Assembly (NCBI RefSeq): GCF_035084215.1
Contig: NC_090326.1
Location: forward strand, 60,636,001-60,700,000
DNA from: Heptranchias perlo
Lineage: Eukaryota
Length of the DNA stretch: 64,000 bases
Direction: 5' to 3'
Positions 49,324 to 61,325 of the stretch are shown here, piece after piece; positions within the stretch are counted from its first letter, which is position 1; every line of letters starts with the position of its first letter. Below the pieces are notes generated by a model. It was not told the origin of the DNA, made no database searches, and was given only the letters and a program-made list of their open reading frames with translations. The translations under genes and the position numbers were made by a program.

Positions 49324-51754
49324 TTTATTTATAAAGCCTAGGATCCCGTATGCTTTTTTAATCACTTTCTCAACCTGTCCTGCCACCTTCAATGATTTGT
49401 GCACATATATCCCCAGATCTCTCTGTTCCCTTTTAGAGTTGTGCCCTCGAGTTTATATTGCCTCTCCTTGTTCTTCCTACCTAAATGTATCACTTCGCAT
49501 TTTTCTGCGTTAAATTTCATCTGCCACGTGTCCGCCCATGCCTCCAGCCTGTCTATATCCTCTTGAAGTCTATTACTATCCTCCTCACTTCCAAGTTTTG
49601 TGTCATCTGCAAATTTTGAAATTGTGCCCTGTACACCCAAGTCCAAGTCATTAATAAATATCAAAAAAAGCAGTGGTCCCACCACGGTCACAGTCACAGA
49701 GGATATCATTTGTGACTTTGATTATGGACTTTTTCGTGCAGAAACCGATTCAGAGAGATTCAGGTATAGAGTTGTGGGAAAAATGGGCACGGATTTGTGA
49801 GGCGACAACATGTTCAAAGACTTTGGAGAGGAAAACAAGGTTGGACAGAACAGTCAAGGATGAGTTTTTTAAAAAGAGGGGCGATGACAGTGGTTTTGAT
49901 CGGGAGGGGGACAGTGCCTGGGAAGAGTGAACTATTTATAATGTCAGGTAGCATGTGGGCTAGGAAGGGAAGTTGGATGGTTAGCAATTTAATGGGAATG
50001 GAGTCAAGAGAGCAGACGGTGGGTCTCATGGACAAGATGACCTTGGAGAGGGCATGATAGAAATAGGAGAGAAGCTAGAGAAAGGTGCAGGTTCAGGGCT
50101 ATGGCAAGGGGGTTCCTTGGAGGAGGTTTGGCTTGGTGGACAAAGGGAAGCGGGGATATGGCAAAAGCAACTGAATGGATGGTCTCAATCTTAGTGACAA
50201 AGAAGTCCAGGAGCTCCTCGCACTTGTTTTTGGAGGTGAGGGTGGGAGGGACAAGGGAGACAGTTTGTAGTGTAGAAAAGAAGCCGGGGATTATCTTTGC
50301 ATTCCAAAACAATCCTGGAGTATTGAGCAGTTTTGGCAGAGGATAGAAAGGTCTGATTGCATTTGATGTCATCAAACCAGATCGGTCGATGGATGGCTAA
50401 ACCAGTTGTGTGCCAGATACATTCAAGTCTGCATCCTTTGGACTTGAGGACGCAAAGATGAGGGCCATAAAAGGGGGAACGAGAAGGGTAGGAGAGAGTA
50501 AGGGTTTTACTGAGGACAAAGGCATCAAAAGTGGAGGTGAGGGAATGATTGAGCAGATTGAAAGATTGGAGGGTTAAACGCTAAACAGTTGGGAGTTTGA
50601 AAGTGCAGTTGTAAATGACTTGGGGGAGAGTTTTTTCCAGGGACAGATGCAGGGGGAAGTGGGGTTGGAAGAGGGTAAGGGGTAATGCGTGGTGAGAGGT
50701 ACAAGGATATGGGGAGGACAGAAGGGCAGTGAACTCAGAGAGAGGAGAAGGTGCGTTGAAATGGAGATTGAAATCACCGAAAACTAAGTCATTCAATGCA
50801 GAGGCTGAGGGAGAAAATGAGGGAGGATCTCAAGGTGAGAAGCTCGAGGTGGGGCTTGGGGAAGGGGGGGGGATGGTAGCGAATGAGGATCACTAAGGAG
50901 AGGCAAGAGTGGTGGAACAAAGTGAGGTAATCGAAAGGAGGAGAAAGTGCCTGAGGAGTAGGGGGAGAGACCAAGGTGGCAGTTCCCTATTTCTAGTGCT
51001 CAGAGACGAGGTAAAATCACATGCCTTGCTGAAGTACTAACTTACTACAACCACTGATGCTCTTGTCGGTCCTAGCTTTCACTGGCAGGAACATTTGTCC
51101 ATTTTTCAAGCAGTGGAGAGGGAACTTTTCCCTGAGAATAGCCACTGTTATTCCTGACTTCAGATTGATGGATGTATCACTAGTTACAATGTGGAAAAAT
51201 ATTCCATTCCGCATCATTGCCATCCCGTACTTGGATGGACTCATACCGACAAAGAATATTTCTTTGAAAGAGAAGGGAACTTTCTCAGAGAACTAATTTT
51301 AAACAGCTTGGTAGGGAGATATCTGAGCCATTTTAAACAAAAGCCAAAACAAAGTTTCGTATTAAAATGCATTGAGATTGCTGAACATAAGGCTAAATTG
51401 TATTGCCCCAAGCAATAAGATGTTTTCTTTTCCAGAGAGTTGTGTGCTTGTGTTTTCAATCGGAAAGTGTGTATTTGGTGTGACATATAAAAAATGGATG
51501 AAAGACATATAAAGGATGAGACAAATCAAGAATATTTACACACTACAATTCCCCTAATATTAAAATATTCTGTTATAAATATGTACACACTTTAAAATAA
51601 CGGTAAGAGCTTTTGTTTTCATTTCATACAATTACATTAAAGATCTTGAGGCAAATAAGGATGCAAGAACAAGAAATTATGCCAGCCCATCTCCTCACTT
51701 TGTTATCCAAGTCCAGTTTCAAACCCAATCTGACTTTTTTTCTCATTGTGTCAT

Positions 51755-53305
51755 GTTACATCGAGTTACATCGAAACTACAGCACAGAAACAGGCCTTTC
51801 AGGCCAACTGGGCTATGCCAGCGTTTATGCTCCACCCTCCCTATTCCTATCAGGATACCCCTCCATTCCTTTCTGCCCCATGTGTTTATCTAGCTTCCCC
51901 TTAAACACATCTATGTTATTTGCCTGAACTACTCCTTGTGGTAGCGCATTCCACATTCTTGCCACTCTTTGGGTAAAGGGTTTGTCCGGAATTCCCTATT
52001 GGATTTATTAGTAACTACTTTATATTTATGACCTCTAGTTTTGGACTCACCCACAAGTGGAAACATTTTCTCTACATCTATCCTATCAAACCCTATGATT
52101 ATCTTGAAGGCCTCTATCAGGTCACCCCTCAACCTTCGCTTTTCCAGAGAAAAGAGCTCCAGCCTGTTCAGCCTTTCCTGATAAATATATGCTTTCAGTT
52201 CTGGTATCATCCTGGTGAATCTTATTTGCACCCTCTCCAATGCCTCTATATCCTTTCTATTAAATGGAGACCAGAATTGTGCACAGTACTCCAAGTGTGG
52301 TCTAACCAAGGTTCTATACAAGTTTAACAAAGTTTCTCTGCTTTTCAATTCTATCCCTCTAGAAATGAGCCCCAGTGCTTGATTTGCTTTTTTTATGTCC
52401 TGAGTCGCTACTTTTAGTAATTTATGTATCTGTACCCCTAGATCCCTTTGCTCCTCTATCCCGTTTAGACTTACTATCCAAGCAGTATGTGGCCTCCTTA
52501 TTCTTCCTACCAAAATGCATCACCTCACACTTACTTATATTGAAATTCATTTGCCAATTACACACTCATTCTGCAAGTTTATTAATGTCCTCCTGCATTT
52601 TGACCCATTCTTCCTTTATATTAACGATACCCCCCAAATTAGTGTCGTCCGCAAGTTTTGAAATTGTCCTTCTGATTCCCGAGTCCAAATCATTAATGTA
52701 AATTGTGAACAACAGTGGTCCCAGCACTGATCCCTGTGGAACACCACTTCCCACCTTGCCAATCTTTGTTTTCTGTTTTGTAGCCAACTTGCTATACATT
52801 CTGCTACCTGTCCCCTGACTTCACATGCTCTGACTTTAGTCATGAGTCTACAATGCGGTATCTTATCGAAGGCCTTTTGAAAATCCAAATATGTTACAAA
52901 AGGGTCCAGAGGGGCAATTTTTTCACTCAAAGGGTGGTGAGTGTCTGGAATGAGCTGCCAGAGGCAGTAGTAGAGGCGGGTACAATTTTGTCTTTTAAAA
53001 AGCATTTGGACAGTTACATGGGTAAGATGGGTATAGAGGGATATGGGCCAAGTGCAGGCAATTGGGACTAGCTTAGTGGTATAAACTGGGCAACATGGAC
53101 ATGTTGGGCCGAAGGGCCTGTTTCCATGTTGTATACTTCTATGATTCTATGATTCTATCTACTACATTACCCTTGTCTACTCTTTCTGTTACTTATTCAA
53201 AGAATTCAATAAGGTTGGTCAAGCATAACTTTTCCTTCTGAAATTCGTGTTAACTATTCTTTATTATATTTTCATTCTCTAGATGTTTTTCTATTGCATC
53301 TTTGT
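51755..53305 (-). mobile_element. CR1 LINE fragment (same family as 44586-47807), interrupted at ~52895-53158
   Basis: ORF 51929-52513 and [21 protein letters not shown]...SKLADDT, YLDFQKAFDKIPH. Confidence 0.92.
52895..53158 (+). mobile_element. Young CR1 3' end, near-identical to the reverse complement of 15855-16115
   Basis: YKRVQRGNFFTQRVVSVWNELPEAVVEAGTILSFKKHLDSYMGKMGIEGYGPSAGNWD; tail TTCTATGATTCTATGATTCTAT. Confidence 0.95.
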
Positions 53306-53319
53306 ACACATGTGCATTC

Positions 53320-53412
53320 AGATTTTGATTTTTGCAATAGGGTAAAGCAGGTGACAGTGAAACGGCAGCCCGTTTCACATCTCTCCCAATTTTTATTCCC
53401 ATTGAAGTCAAT
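53320..53412. mobile_element. Half copy of the ~185 bp palindromic MITE
   Basis: CGGCAGCCCGTTTCACATCTCTCCCAATTTTTATTCCCATTGAAGTCAAT matches one arm of 23622-23805. Confidence 0.75.
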
Positions 53413-55067
53413 ATGCTTTAAAATTGTTGATCTTTTCCAAAATGGAAATCTCTTGCATCTCAGTAATGTGTCTCGTTGAGCCCTCCTCTGTACATTTACC
53501 AATACTTTCCATTGGTTTTCATCTGTTTCTACTTCACTAACACATATTAATAGAGAAGAAACTTCAGAATCAAAATTCTGAGCTGAACAAGATCTATTAA
53601 GAAAAATCAAACCGAAAACAAACACTTGGCTTTACAGCTTGATCTGTCCCTTTAAGAAATGTGTAAAAAGAAAAGAAAACTTTCCTGAATTTCAGCCGTT
53701 TTGAGCAGACTACACCAGTTATACCGGCTACACAGTGATTTGTCATTTTTATAATGTTCTAATAATGTGAGTCTGGCAGAACAACCAGGTGGAAAGCATG
53801 TGCACAGGCATTTAATTTGGACAGGAAGCAGGCTAAACATTTCGTCAGAAGAGAAGCAAGTGCTGGCAAGCAGAGAGTAGATTGAGTTTGCAGCAGGAAG
53901 CAAAGCAAGTTGGAGTGTCTTTGACCTGCAGGGAGCGACAAACCTGGGAAGAGGAAACTGGAACACAGATGATGGTCTGAACTTAAGTACCCTGCCGGGC
54001 TTTCATGTTGGGTGCAGGCTAGTGTTAGGGCTTGCAGTGCACGTTATGTGCCTCAGTGTTTTACAATACCTTGCAGTTAGTTGTGGCAGCAATACCAGAT
54101 TTGAGCATATTATGAAGCTTCTTTGCTAGTGCTAACATATTTATGTTTAAAATTCATCACTGAAGTAAATTGCCTACTGAAAATTACAATTGTATTCTCT
54201 CGTTGGGGTATTTAATGTTTCTATGTACGATATTTCATGTCTTCCTGTGTTTAGAATTACAATGGCATCAATCCTATAATATTAGTTGTTAATATGGTTG
54301 TTGCAAGCTCGCTATCACCCTCTTTCGTAAACATGACCTTCCTTGTTAAAGATCAATCTTAAAAAGAAAAAAGAAACATTAAAATAATTAGTAGCAAAAC
54401 ATGTTCTCGCTACAATTTATAGGATGTGGGTTGTTTTCATTGTACGTCTTAAAATGGTTGAAACCTGTTTTATGAGACAGAGCAGCTTTAAATAGCTGCT
54501 ATGGTTGTGCTGGTGGTTGGGTTCAAAGGTCAGCCCTTGCTCCAAGCACATGAGTCAGCGTCACATTGAATAAATTTTTACCACAAAACCAGCCTGTTTT
54601 GTTCATCCTTACTAATTACACTCTTAAGAGAGTTCTGGATAGACTCAAGCCTTATATCCCAACTTTAAATAGTACAAATAGACATTGGTAATTCCTACAT
54701 AAATGCTAACACCCTCATTTACAGCAATAAAACATTTTGCTAAAATGGGAAGAAAAATGTTGATACAATGAAAACCATGTTACATTTCCATTGAATAAAA
54801 GTTCAAAAATGTTATCAAAACTTACATTTTAGATCGTTATCTTAATTTAATTTAGTAACTTTTTTGCTTGTACCCCAAAAGATAAATAGATCCTCTTATT
54901 CTCCCTTCTCCACTTTTCTTAAATGATGTACTTCATTTTGCAGATATGTATTAAGGTAAAAGGCAAAGGAGAAGTTCAAATGAGTAAAGATGTGAATGTT
55001 GTCTGTGTGCTAAGTTACTTTAAGAAAACAAGAGGATATTTTGCATCTGTTAGTTACTGATGTTATT

Positions 55068-56660
55068 CAGGCCATCGTGCCTGTGCTGGCTCTTTGAAAG
55101 AGCTATCCGATTAATCCCATACCCCTGCTCTTTCCCCACAGCCCTGCAATTTTTTTCTTTTTCAAGTATTTATCCAATTCCCTTTTGAAAGTTACTACTG
55201 AATCTGCTTCCACCACCCTTTCAGGCAATGCATTCCAGATGATCGCAACTTGCTGCGTTAAACAAATTCTCCTCATTTCCCCCCTGGATTTTTTGTCAAT
55301 TATCTTTAATCTGTGTCCTCTGGTTACTGGTCTGCCTGCCAATGGAAACAAATTTTCCCTATCTACTCTATCAAAACCCATTATAATTTTGAACATCTTA
55401 TTAAATCTCCCCTTAACCTTCTCTGCTCTCGGGAGATCAATCCCAGCTTCTCTAGTGTCTGAAGTTCCTCATCCTTGGTGTCATTCTAGTAAATCTCCTC
55501 AGCACCCTCTCTACGGTCTTGACATCCTTCCTAAAGTGTGGTGCCTAGAATTGGACACAATACTCCAGCTGAGGCCTAATCAGAGATTTATAAAGATTTA
55601 GGATAATTTCCTTGCTTTTGTACTCTATGGGGGTCATTTTAACCCCCAAGAATGGGTGGGTTGAGGGCGGGTGAACAGTAAAAATAGTGGATTTTTGAAA
55701 TGGGACCGCATCCCGGCTCCAACGTGCCCACTTCTGGGTTTGACCAAGGCGCGTTTGAATGCGCACATGCAACAGATACCCGGAAGTCCCGTCACCGCTT
55801 AAAGCCGGTGGGCTGATACTTAAAGGGGTAATTTACCTCATTGCGATAGTTGAGGTACTTAATTTTTTGCGTATTACAAAAATAAAACAACTTTAACTTT
55901 ACCTGTTCGGGTTACCCAAAGATTCCAATTCATGTTAGGTGAAAGCAGGCGGGAAGGGCCAGATTCATGAGGTGAGTGCATTTATTGCACTGCTTGTGAG
56001 CCCGGAGGAACAGGAGAGCTTCTTCCATGCCCAACAAACTCACAAGAGTGACATGACCCTGCGATCAGCTGATCCCCTTCCCCCCACCCCTCCCATTGCT
56101 GGACCCCGCCCAACCCAATGCTGGATGCCCCGATGATGGAACGCCCCCCGATGCTGAACCCCCCTTGTTGCTGAACCCCCCCAAACTTATCCAAGCCCAC
56201 CCAATGTCGTCCACGTCCCTCCACCTCCCCGCACCCCTCCGATTTCTTCCAGGGCCCAGGATTTTTTTCTCCATCCTTCCCTCCCTCTCTGATTCGCGGC
56301 TCCTTTCCCTCACAACAGGCACCCAGCCTGTCAATCTAGTTTCATGGTGCATGGGAAAACCGGAAGCACAATTACTTACCTTCAATTGAGTTGCGATCAC
56401 AAATTGCGACGCACTCATTTGGCTTCCAGGTTGCCCAAGCGAACATCTACAGACGGGCTGGGTTCCCGGCTCCCAGCTAAAATCATGTCCTAATTCTCTA
56501 TTTATAAAGCCAAGGATCCCATATTCTTTTTTAACAGCCTTATCAATTTGTCCTGCCATCTTCAAAGATTTGTATATATGAAACCCCAGCTCTCTCTGTT
56601 CCTGCACCCCTTTAAAATTGTATCATTTAGTTCTATAGTTCATATTACCTAAATGCATCA
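55068..56660 (-). mobile_element. CR1 fragment (55068-55628 and 56491-56660) split by a TIR element
   Basis: FKIIMGFDRVDRENLFPL..TRGHRLKI; [26 protein letters not shown]; continues with KAVKKEYGILGFINR after the insert. Confidence 0.85.
55629..56490. mobile_element. Non-autonomous Harbinger-like element
   Basis: TIRs GGGGGTCATTTTAAC / GCTAAAATCATGTCC; flanks TAT/TAA; interrupts a CR1; internal homology to 62635-63446 in the opposite orientation. Confidence 0.8.
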
Positions 56661-57059
56661 TTCATGCAAGGTGAGAAGTGCTGCTTCTCAGTCCCAAATC
56701 CACTGAATGACTTTCACACGGTGCCTGTATTCAAAACCTGTTAACAAAGTTACGCTAGCAAATAAAAACCAATAGGCACTTTTGCGCTGGCACTGTTGTG
56801 TGAAAGCGGCATCATGCTGCTTTCACACAACATCTCTGTATTCACACAGCTAAAGCTGGTCCCATAATCCCTGTGATATAATCATAGACCCATGAAAAAG
56901 TGCAGAACTAAACAAGCACTGCTGTAAAAGTGGCTTGTGAGAGTTTAAATGCTCATAGCAACAGTTATGAGAGGAGACTTGAGACACCGGAAGTAAAATT
57001 TAACTTCGGCAGGGGCGACTGCCCATTTTGTGTCCCCACCAAAACTGAATTTTAACCCC

Positions 57060-57472
57060 ACTGGGACTATTTCTACTGAAACAGAGAAGACTAAAAGGAG
57101 ATTTAGTGGAGGTTCTTAAAATTATGGAGACTTTTGATAGAGAGCATAGGGAAAGATTATTTCCTCTAGTTGAGGAGTCAGTGACGAGTGGTCATCAATT
57201 TATAATTGTCACTAAGGAAGTGAGATTAGGGGATATTTCTTTTACAAAGAGTTGTTAAAGCATGGAATGATTTGCCTCAGGGAATGGTTGAAGGAAAGAC
57301 CTTACATCTTATAAGGGAAGAGTAGATAAACATTTGAAATAGTGTAAGATACAGGGATATTGGAACAGAACAGGGCAGTGGGATTAGTTTTTAATTGTTC
57401 TAGCAAAGAGTCAGCACAGACATGATGGGCCGAGAGGCCTCTTTCTGTGCTGTAAATGTCAATGGCTCTATA
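57060..57472 (+). mobile_element. Old CR1 3' fragment
   Basis: LGLFLLKQRRLKGDLVEVLKIMETFDREHRERLFPL...TSGHQF; 3' UTR GATGGGCCGAGAGGCCTC. Confidence 0.8.
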
Positions 57473-58120
57473 GTAACAGACTGCGGGCAAAGCAGTACAG
57501 TAAGCAGGAACACAGTGGCTCACTCTATTAATCAGTTAAAAATACTTTAATTAAAAGTAATTGTCTTCCCACAGTACTTTCCCCCTCTTTTATGTGTTTC
57601 ATCACTGCTTCATCCCTAGACTTCAGCCAATGCTGCTCCATAGCTGGCTGATAAGAGAAATGCAAAAGTGAACATCATAGGTCCATTTATCTAAATCTAT
57701 CTTTAGGTACACATAGCAAGTCGTAATCCATGACCTTGTCTCAAGATGTCTTTGTTGGACCTCAAATAACCTTGTGCACAGTGAACTCTCAAGATAAATC
57801 CATTTGTCAAGGTCAATAATAATATAATTTATATGAAATAGTACATATCTTTTCAGCTATTGTGGTCGCTATCACCAAGTAACAAAATTACATTTTTTTT
57901 TACTCTAGCAAAGAGACAACAAGGATTAAATGAAGCTATGGTCCAATAGATCCAATGAGCAGCATATACTAAACTTAATGGGTACAAGATAATCAAACTT
58001 CAGAGAGTGATTCAGAAAAAAGGGAGAGGCATAGGTGGACACACAAATGGAAAAATAGATTATGATTTTTCTTGGGAACGACTATAAGCCAAATCAGCAA
58101 CATTATCATATGGAGTTAGT

Positions 58121-59186
58121 GGGCTGAATTTTGAAATGGCGGTGGGTTGGCAGCAGGGGGGGTGTGCGTGTTAGGGGGGGTGAAGGTGGAGGTGGCAAAC
58201 CCGAATAAAAAACTTACCTTTTCCGAAGCGATCACGATGTAATTGAGGGTGATTAAAGTTGTTTCCGGGTTGACAGGCTGGCTGCCGAAAGGAGCTGCAA
58301 CGCCAAGTCGGGCGGAGAGAAAAAGAGAGAGCAAGACATCATCCAGCACTGGAACAGAGATTGGAGGGTGCTGAAGATCGGGGGGGGGGGTGGGGGGAGA
58401 GGGGAAGATTTGGGGAGGGAGAGGGGAAGATTGGGGGGGGGAGAGGAAGATTGGTTGGGGGAGAGGGGAAGATTGGGGGGGGAGAGGGGAAGATTGGGGG
58501 GGGAGAGGAAGATTGGTCGGGGGAGAGGGGAAGATTGGGGGGGGGAGGGGAAGATTGGGGGGGAGAGGGGAAGATTGGGGGGGGAGAGGAAGATTGGTCG
58601 GGGGAGAGGGGAAGATTGGGGGGGGGAGAGGGGAAGATTGGGGGGGAAGAGGGGAAGATTAGTTGGGGGAGAGGGGAAGATCGGAGAGGGACATTGGAGA
58701 GGAAGACATCAGGGGCTAAGAGGGATATCGGAGAGGGAGACATCGGGGGGAGAGGGGGACATCGAAGCAGGGTGGAAAGGTAGGTTTATTTTGTTTTTCA
58801 ACTTTGCACAATGATTTTTTATTTAATTTATTTTGTTTATTTTTGCCTGATCTAGCCCTTCACGTCTGGTTTCACCAGGCATGAATTGGAAGCCGTGGGA
58901 AAGCCGCCCAGGTAAGTTTAAAATCATTTTAACTATCTACTACGTCAGAAATAAAGTACCTTCAGTACCTCAATGAGGTATTTTTGGTTCTTTAACTATC
59001 ATCCCGCCGGCTTTAATTGCCGGCGGAACTTCCGCGTTCGTGAGGCGTGCGTGCACACAGACACGTCTGTGGGGAACCCGGAAGTCGGTGGGTTGGAGCC
59101 GGCTTCCTCATCTGCTCGGAATTTCCCTGATTGGCAGAGGCCCGCCCCCCACAATGCACCCACAATTTCCTTTGAAAATCGGGGCC
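58121..59186. mobile_element. Non-autonomous Harbinger-like element with perfect AGT TSD
   Basis: TIRs GGGCTGAATTTTGAAA / TTTGAAAATCGGGGCC; AGT at 58118-58120 and 59187-59189. Confidence 0.82.
58372..58765. repeat. G/A-rich minisatellite (~20-bp unit GGGGAGAGGGGAAGATTGGG)
   Basis: About 15 or more tandem GAAGATTG-anchored units inside the TIR element. Confidence 0.93.
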
Positions 59187-59557
59187 AGTCTCTGTCAAGA
59201 AGAGAGTGAACAATCTGTTTAGATGAAAACTTTAGTTTTAATAATGGGCTGCTTGCAGAATTTCCCAGCAGCATCATTTGCAAGTAACAAACATTCAGAA
59301 TTGGAAAACAGCTATCCCAATGTATGTAATTAAACTGGGCGATTATTGCCAAAAAAGCAAACTCGTTAGGATGTGATAAATTATTGGCACAGTTGTTTTT
59401 CATCTGCTCTTTTTTGAAACACAAATCACTTTTTTCTAGTTATCCCTCAAGCATACAGGGAAAAAATATTTAATTTCTCTCTTTAAGATGGTGAGGACAA
59501 TCACAAAATTGCTGCTCATCAGATTTGAACTTCCATCCCTCTGCACATCAGGCTATT

Positions 59558-61325
59558 AACAGGAGTAGGCCATACAGCCTCTCGAGCCTTCAGTAAGATA
59601 ATGGCTGATCTTCTACCTCAACTCCACTTTCCCGCCCTTTCCTCATATCCCTCGATTCACTCAGCGTCCAAAAATCTATTGATCTCAGTCTTGAATATAC
59701 TCAATGGCTGAGCATCCACAGCCCTCTGGGATAGACAATTCCAAAGATTCACAACCCCCTGATTGAAGAAATCTTTCCTCACCTCATTCTAAATGGCCGA
59801 CCCCCTATCTTGAGACTATGACCCCTAGTTCTAGACTCTTCAGCCAGGGGAAACAGCCTCTCAACATCTACCATGTCAAGCCCTCTAAGAATTTTATATG
59901 TTTCAATGAGATCACCTCTCATTCTTCTAAACTCCAGAGAATAAAGGCCCATTCTACACAATCTCTCCTCACAGGACAATCCTTTCATCCCAGGAATCAA
60001 TCCAGTCAACCTTCATTGCACCTCCTCTAAGGGAAGTATAGCCTTCCTTAGGTAAGGAGAACAAAACATTTTTTTTTATTTGCTCATGGGATGTGGGCGT
60101 CACTGGCGAGGCCAGCATTTATTGCCCATCCCAAATTGCCCTTGAGAAGGTGGTGGTGAGCCGCCTTCTTGAACCGCTGCAGTCTGTGTGGTGAAGGTTC
60201 TCCCACAGTGCTGTTAGGAAGTGAGTTCCAGGATTTTGACCCAGCGACGATGAAGGAACGGTGATATATTTCCAAGTCGGGATGGTGTGTGACTTGGAGG
60301 GGAACGTGCATGTGGTGTTGTTCCCATGTGCCTGCTGCTACTATCCTTCTAGGTGATAGAGATCGCGGGTTTGGGATGTGCTGTCGAAGAAGCCTTGACG
60401 AGTTGCTGCAGTGCATCATGTGGATGGTACACACTGCAGCCACAGTGCGCCGGTGGTGAAGGGAGTGAATGTTTAGGGTGGTGGATGGGGTGCCAATCAA
60501 GCGGGCTGCTTTGCCCTGGATGGTGTCGAGATTCTTGAGTGTTGTGGGAGCTGTACTCATCCAGGCAAGTGGAGAGTATTCCATCACACTCCTGACTTGT
60601 GCCTTGTAGATGGTGGAAAGGCTTTGGGGAGTCAGGAGGTGAGTCACTCGCCGCAGAATACCCAGCCTCTGACCTGCTCTCGTAGCCACAGTATTTATAT
60701 GGCTGGTCCAGTTAATTTTCTGGTCAATGGTGACCCCCAGGATGTTGATGATCGGGGATTCCGCGATGGTAATGCCGTTGAATGTCATGGGGAGGTGGTT
60801 AGACTTTCTCTTGTTGGAGATAGTCATTGCTTGGCACTTGTCTGGTGCCAATTTATTTGCCACTTATGAGCCCAAGCCTGGATGTTGTCCAGGTCTTGTT
60901 GCATGTGGGCACGGACTGCTTCATTATCAGAGGGGTTGCGAATGGAACTGAACACTGTGCAATCATCAGCGAACATCCCCATTTCTGACCTTATGATGGA
61001 GAGAAGGTCACTGATGAAGCAGCTGAAGATGGTTGGGCCTAGGACACTGCCCTGAGGAACTCCTGCAGCAATATCCTGGGGCTGAGATGATTAGACACCA
61101 ACAACAACTGTACACAGTACTCCTGTTATGGTCTCACCAGAGCCCTATATAATTGCAGCACGACCTCCTTACTCTTATATTCCAACCCCCTTGCAATTAA
61201 GGCTAACATACCATTTGCCTTACTAATTGCTTGTTGTACCTGCATGTTAACCTTTTGTGATTCACTTACAAGGACACCCAAATCGCTCTGATGACCAACA
61301 TTTCTTAGTCTCTCACCTTTTAACA
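59558..61325 (-). mobile_element. CR1 fragment (59558-60067 and ~61106-61325) split by a LINE of the 213-3214 family
   Basis: LIPGMKGLSCEERLCRMGLYSLEFRRMRGDLIETYKIL and QVQQAISKANGMLALIARGLEYKSKEV; rejoins as GGAGA.CAAAAC-TGTACACAGTACTCC. Confidence 0.88.
60068..61105 (-). mobile_element. 5'-truncated copy of the 213-3214 LINE family, C-terminal ORF intact (259 aa)
   Basis: ORF 60084-60863; poly(T) on the plus strand at 60069-60077; high similarity to 225-1240. Confidence 0.95.

Larger units (their letters stand above)
48551..49680 (-). mobile_element. 5'-truncated CR1 inserted in L2
   Basis: GPLLFLIFINDLD...SKFADDTKLG; [13 protein letters not shown]; (ATTCTATG)n tail at 48551-48580. Confidence 0.93.
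44119..50985 (-). mobile_element. One L2 LINE in three pieces (44119-44585, 47808-48550, 49681-50985) split by two CR1 insertions
   Basis: Tail (TTG)n with TTGCATTTATATAG on the plus strand; DLHWLPVPQHLKFKIL; MYADTQLYLS; LLDLYAAFDTFDYTIL; PTVCSLDSIPIKLL; endonuclease LVFGDFNLH near 50780. Domain order is continuous across the junctions. Confidence 0.88.

Noticed and set aside
53650-54000. Cluster of GGAA (ETS-like) sites and a 104-aa minus ORF, possible promoter or exon
   Set aside because: No CpG island, no recognisable protein and no convincing splice-site pair.
58372-58765. Possible CRISPR-like array
   Set aside because: Tandem units have no unique spacers, the context is eukaryotic, and no cas genes are present.
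58339-58814. Pro-rich and Gly/Arg-rich ORFs
   Set aside because: Translations of the G/A minisatellite, open in several frames on both strands.
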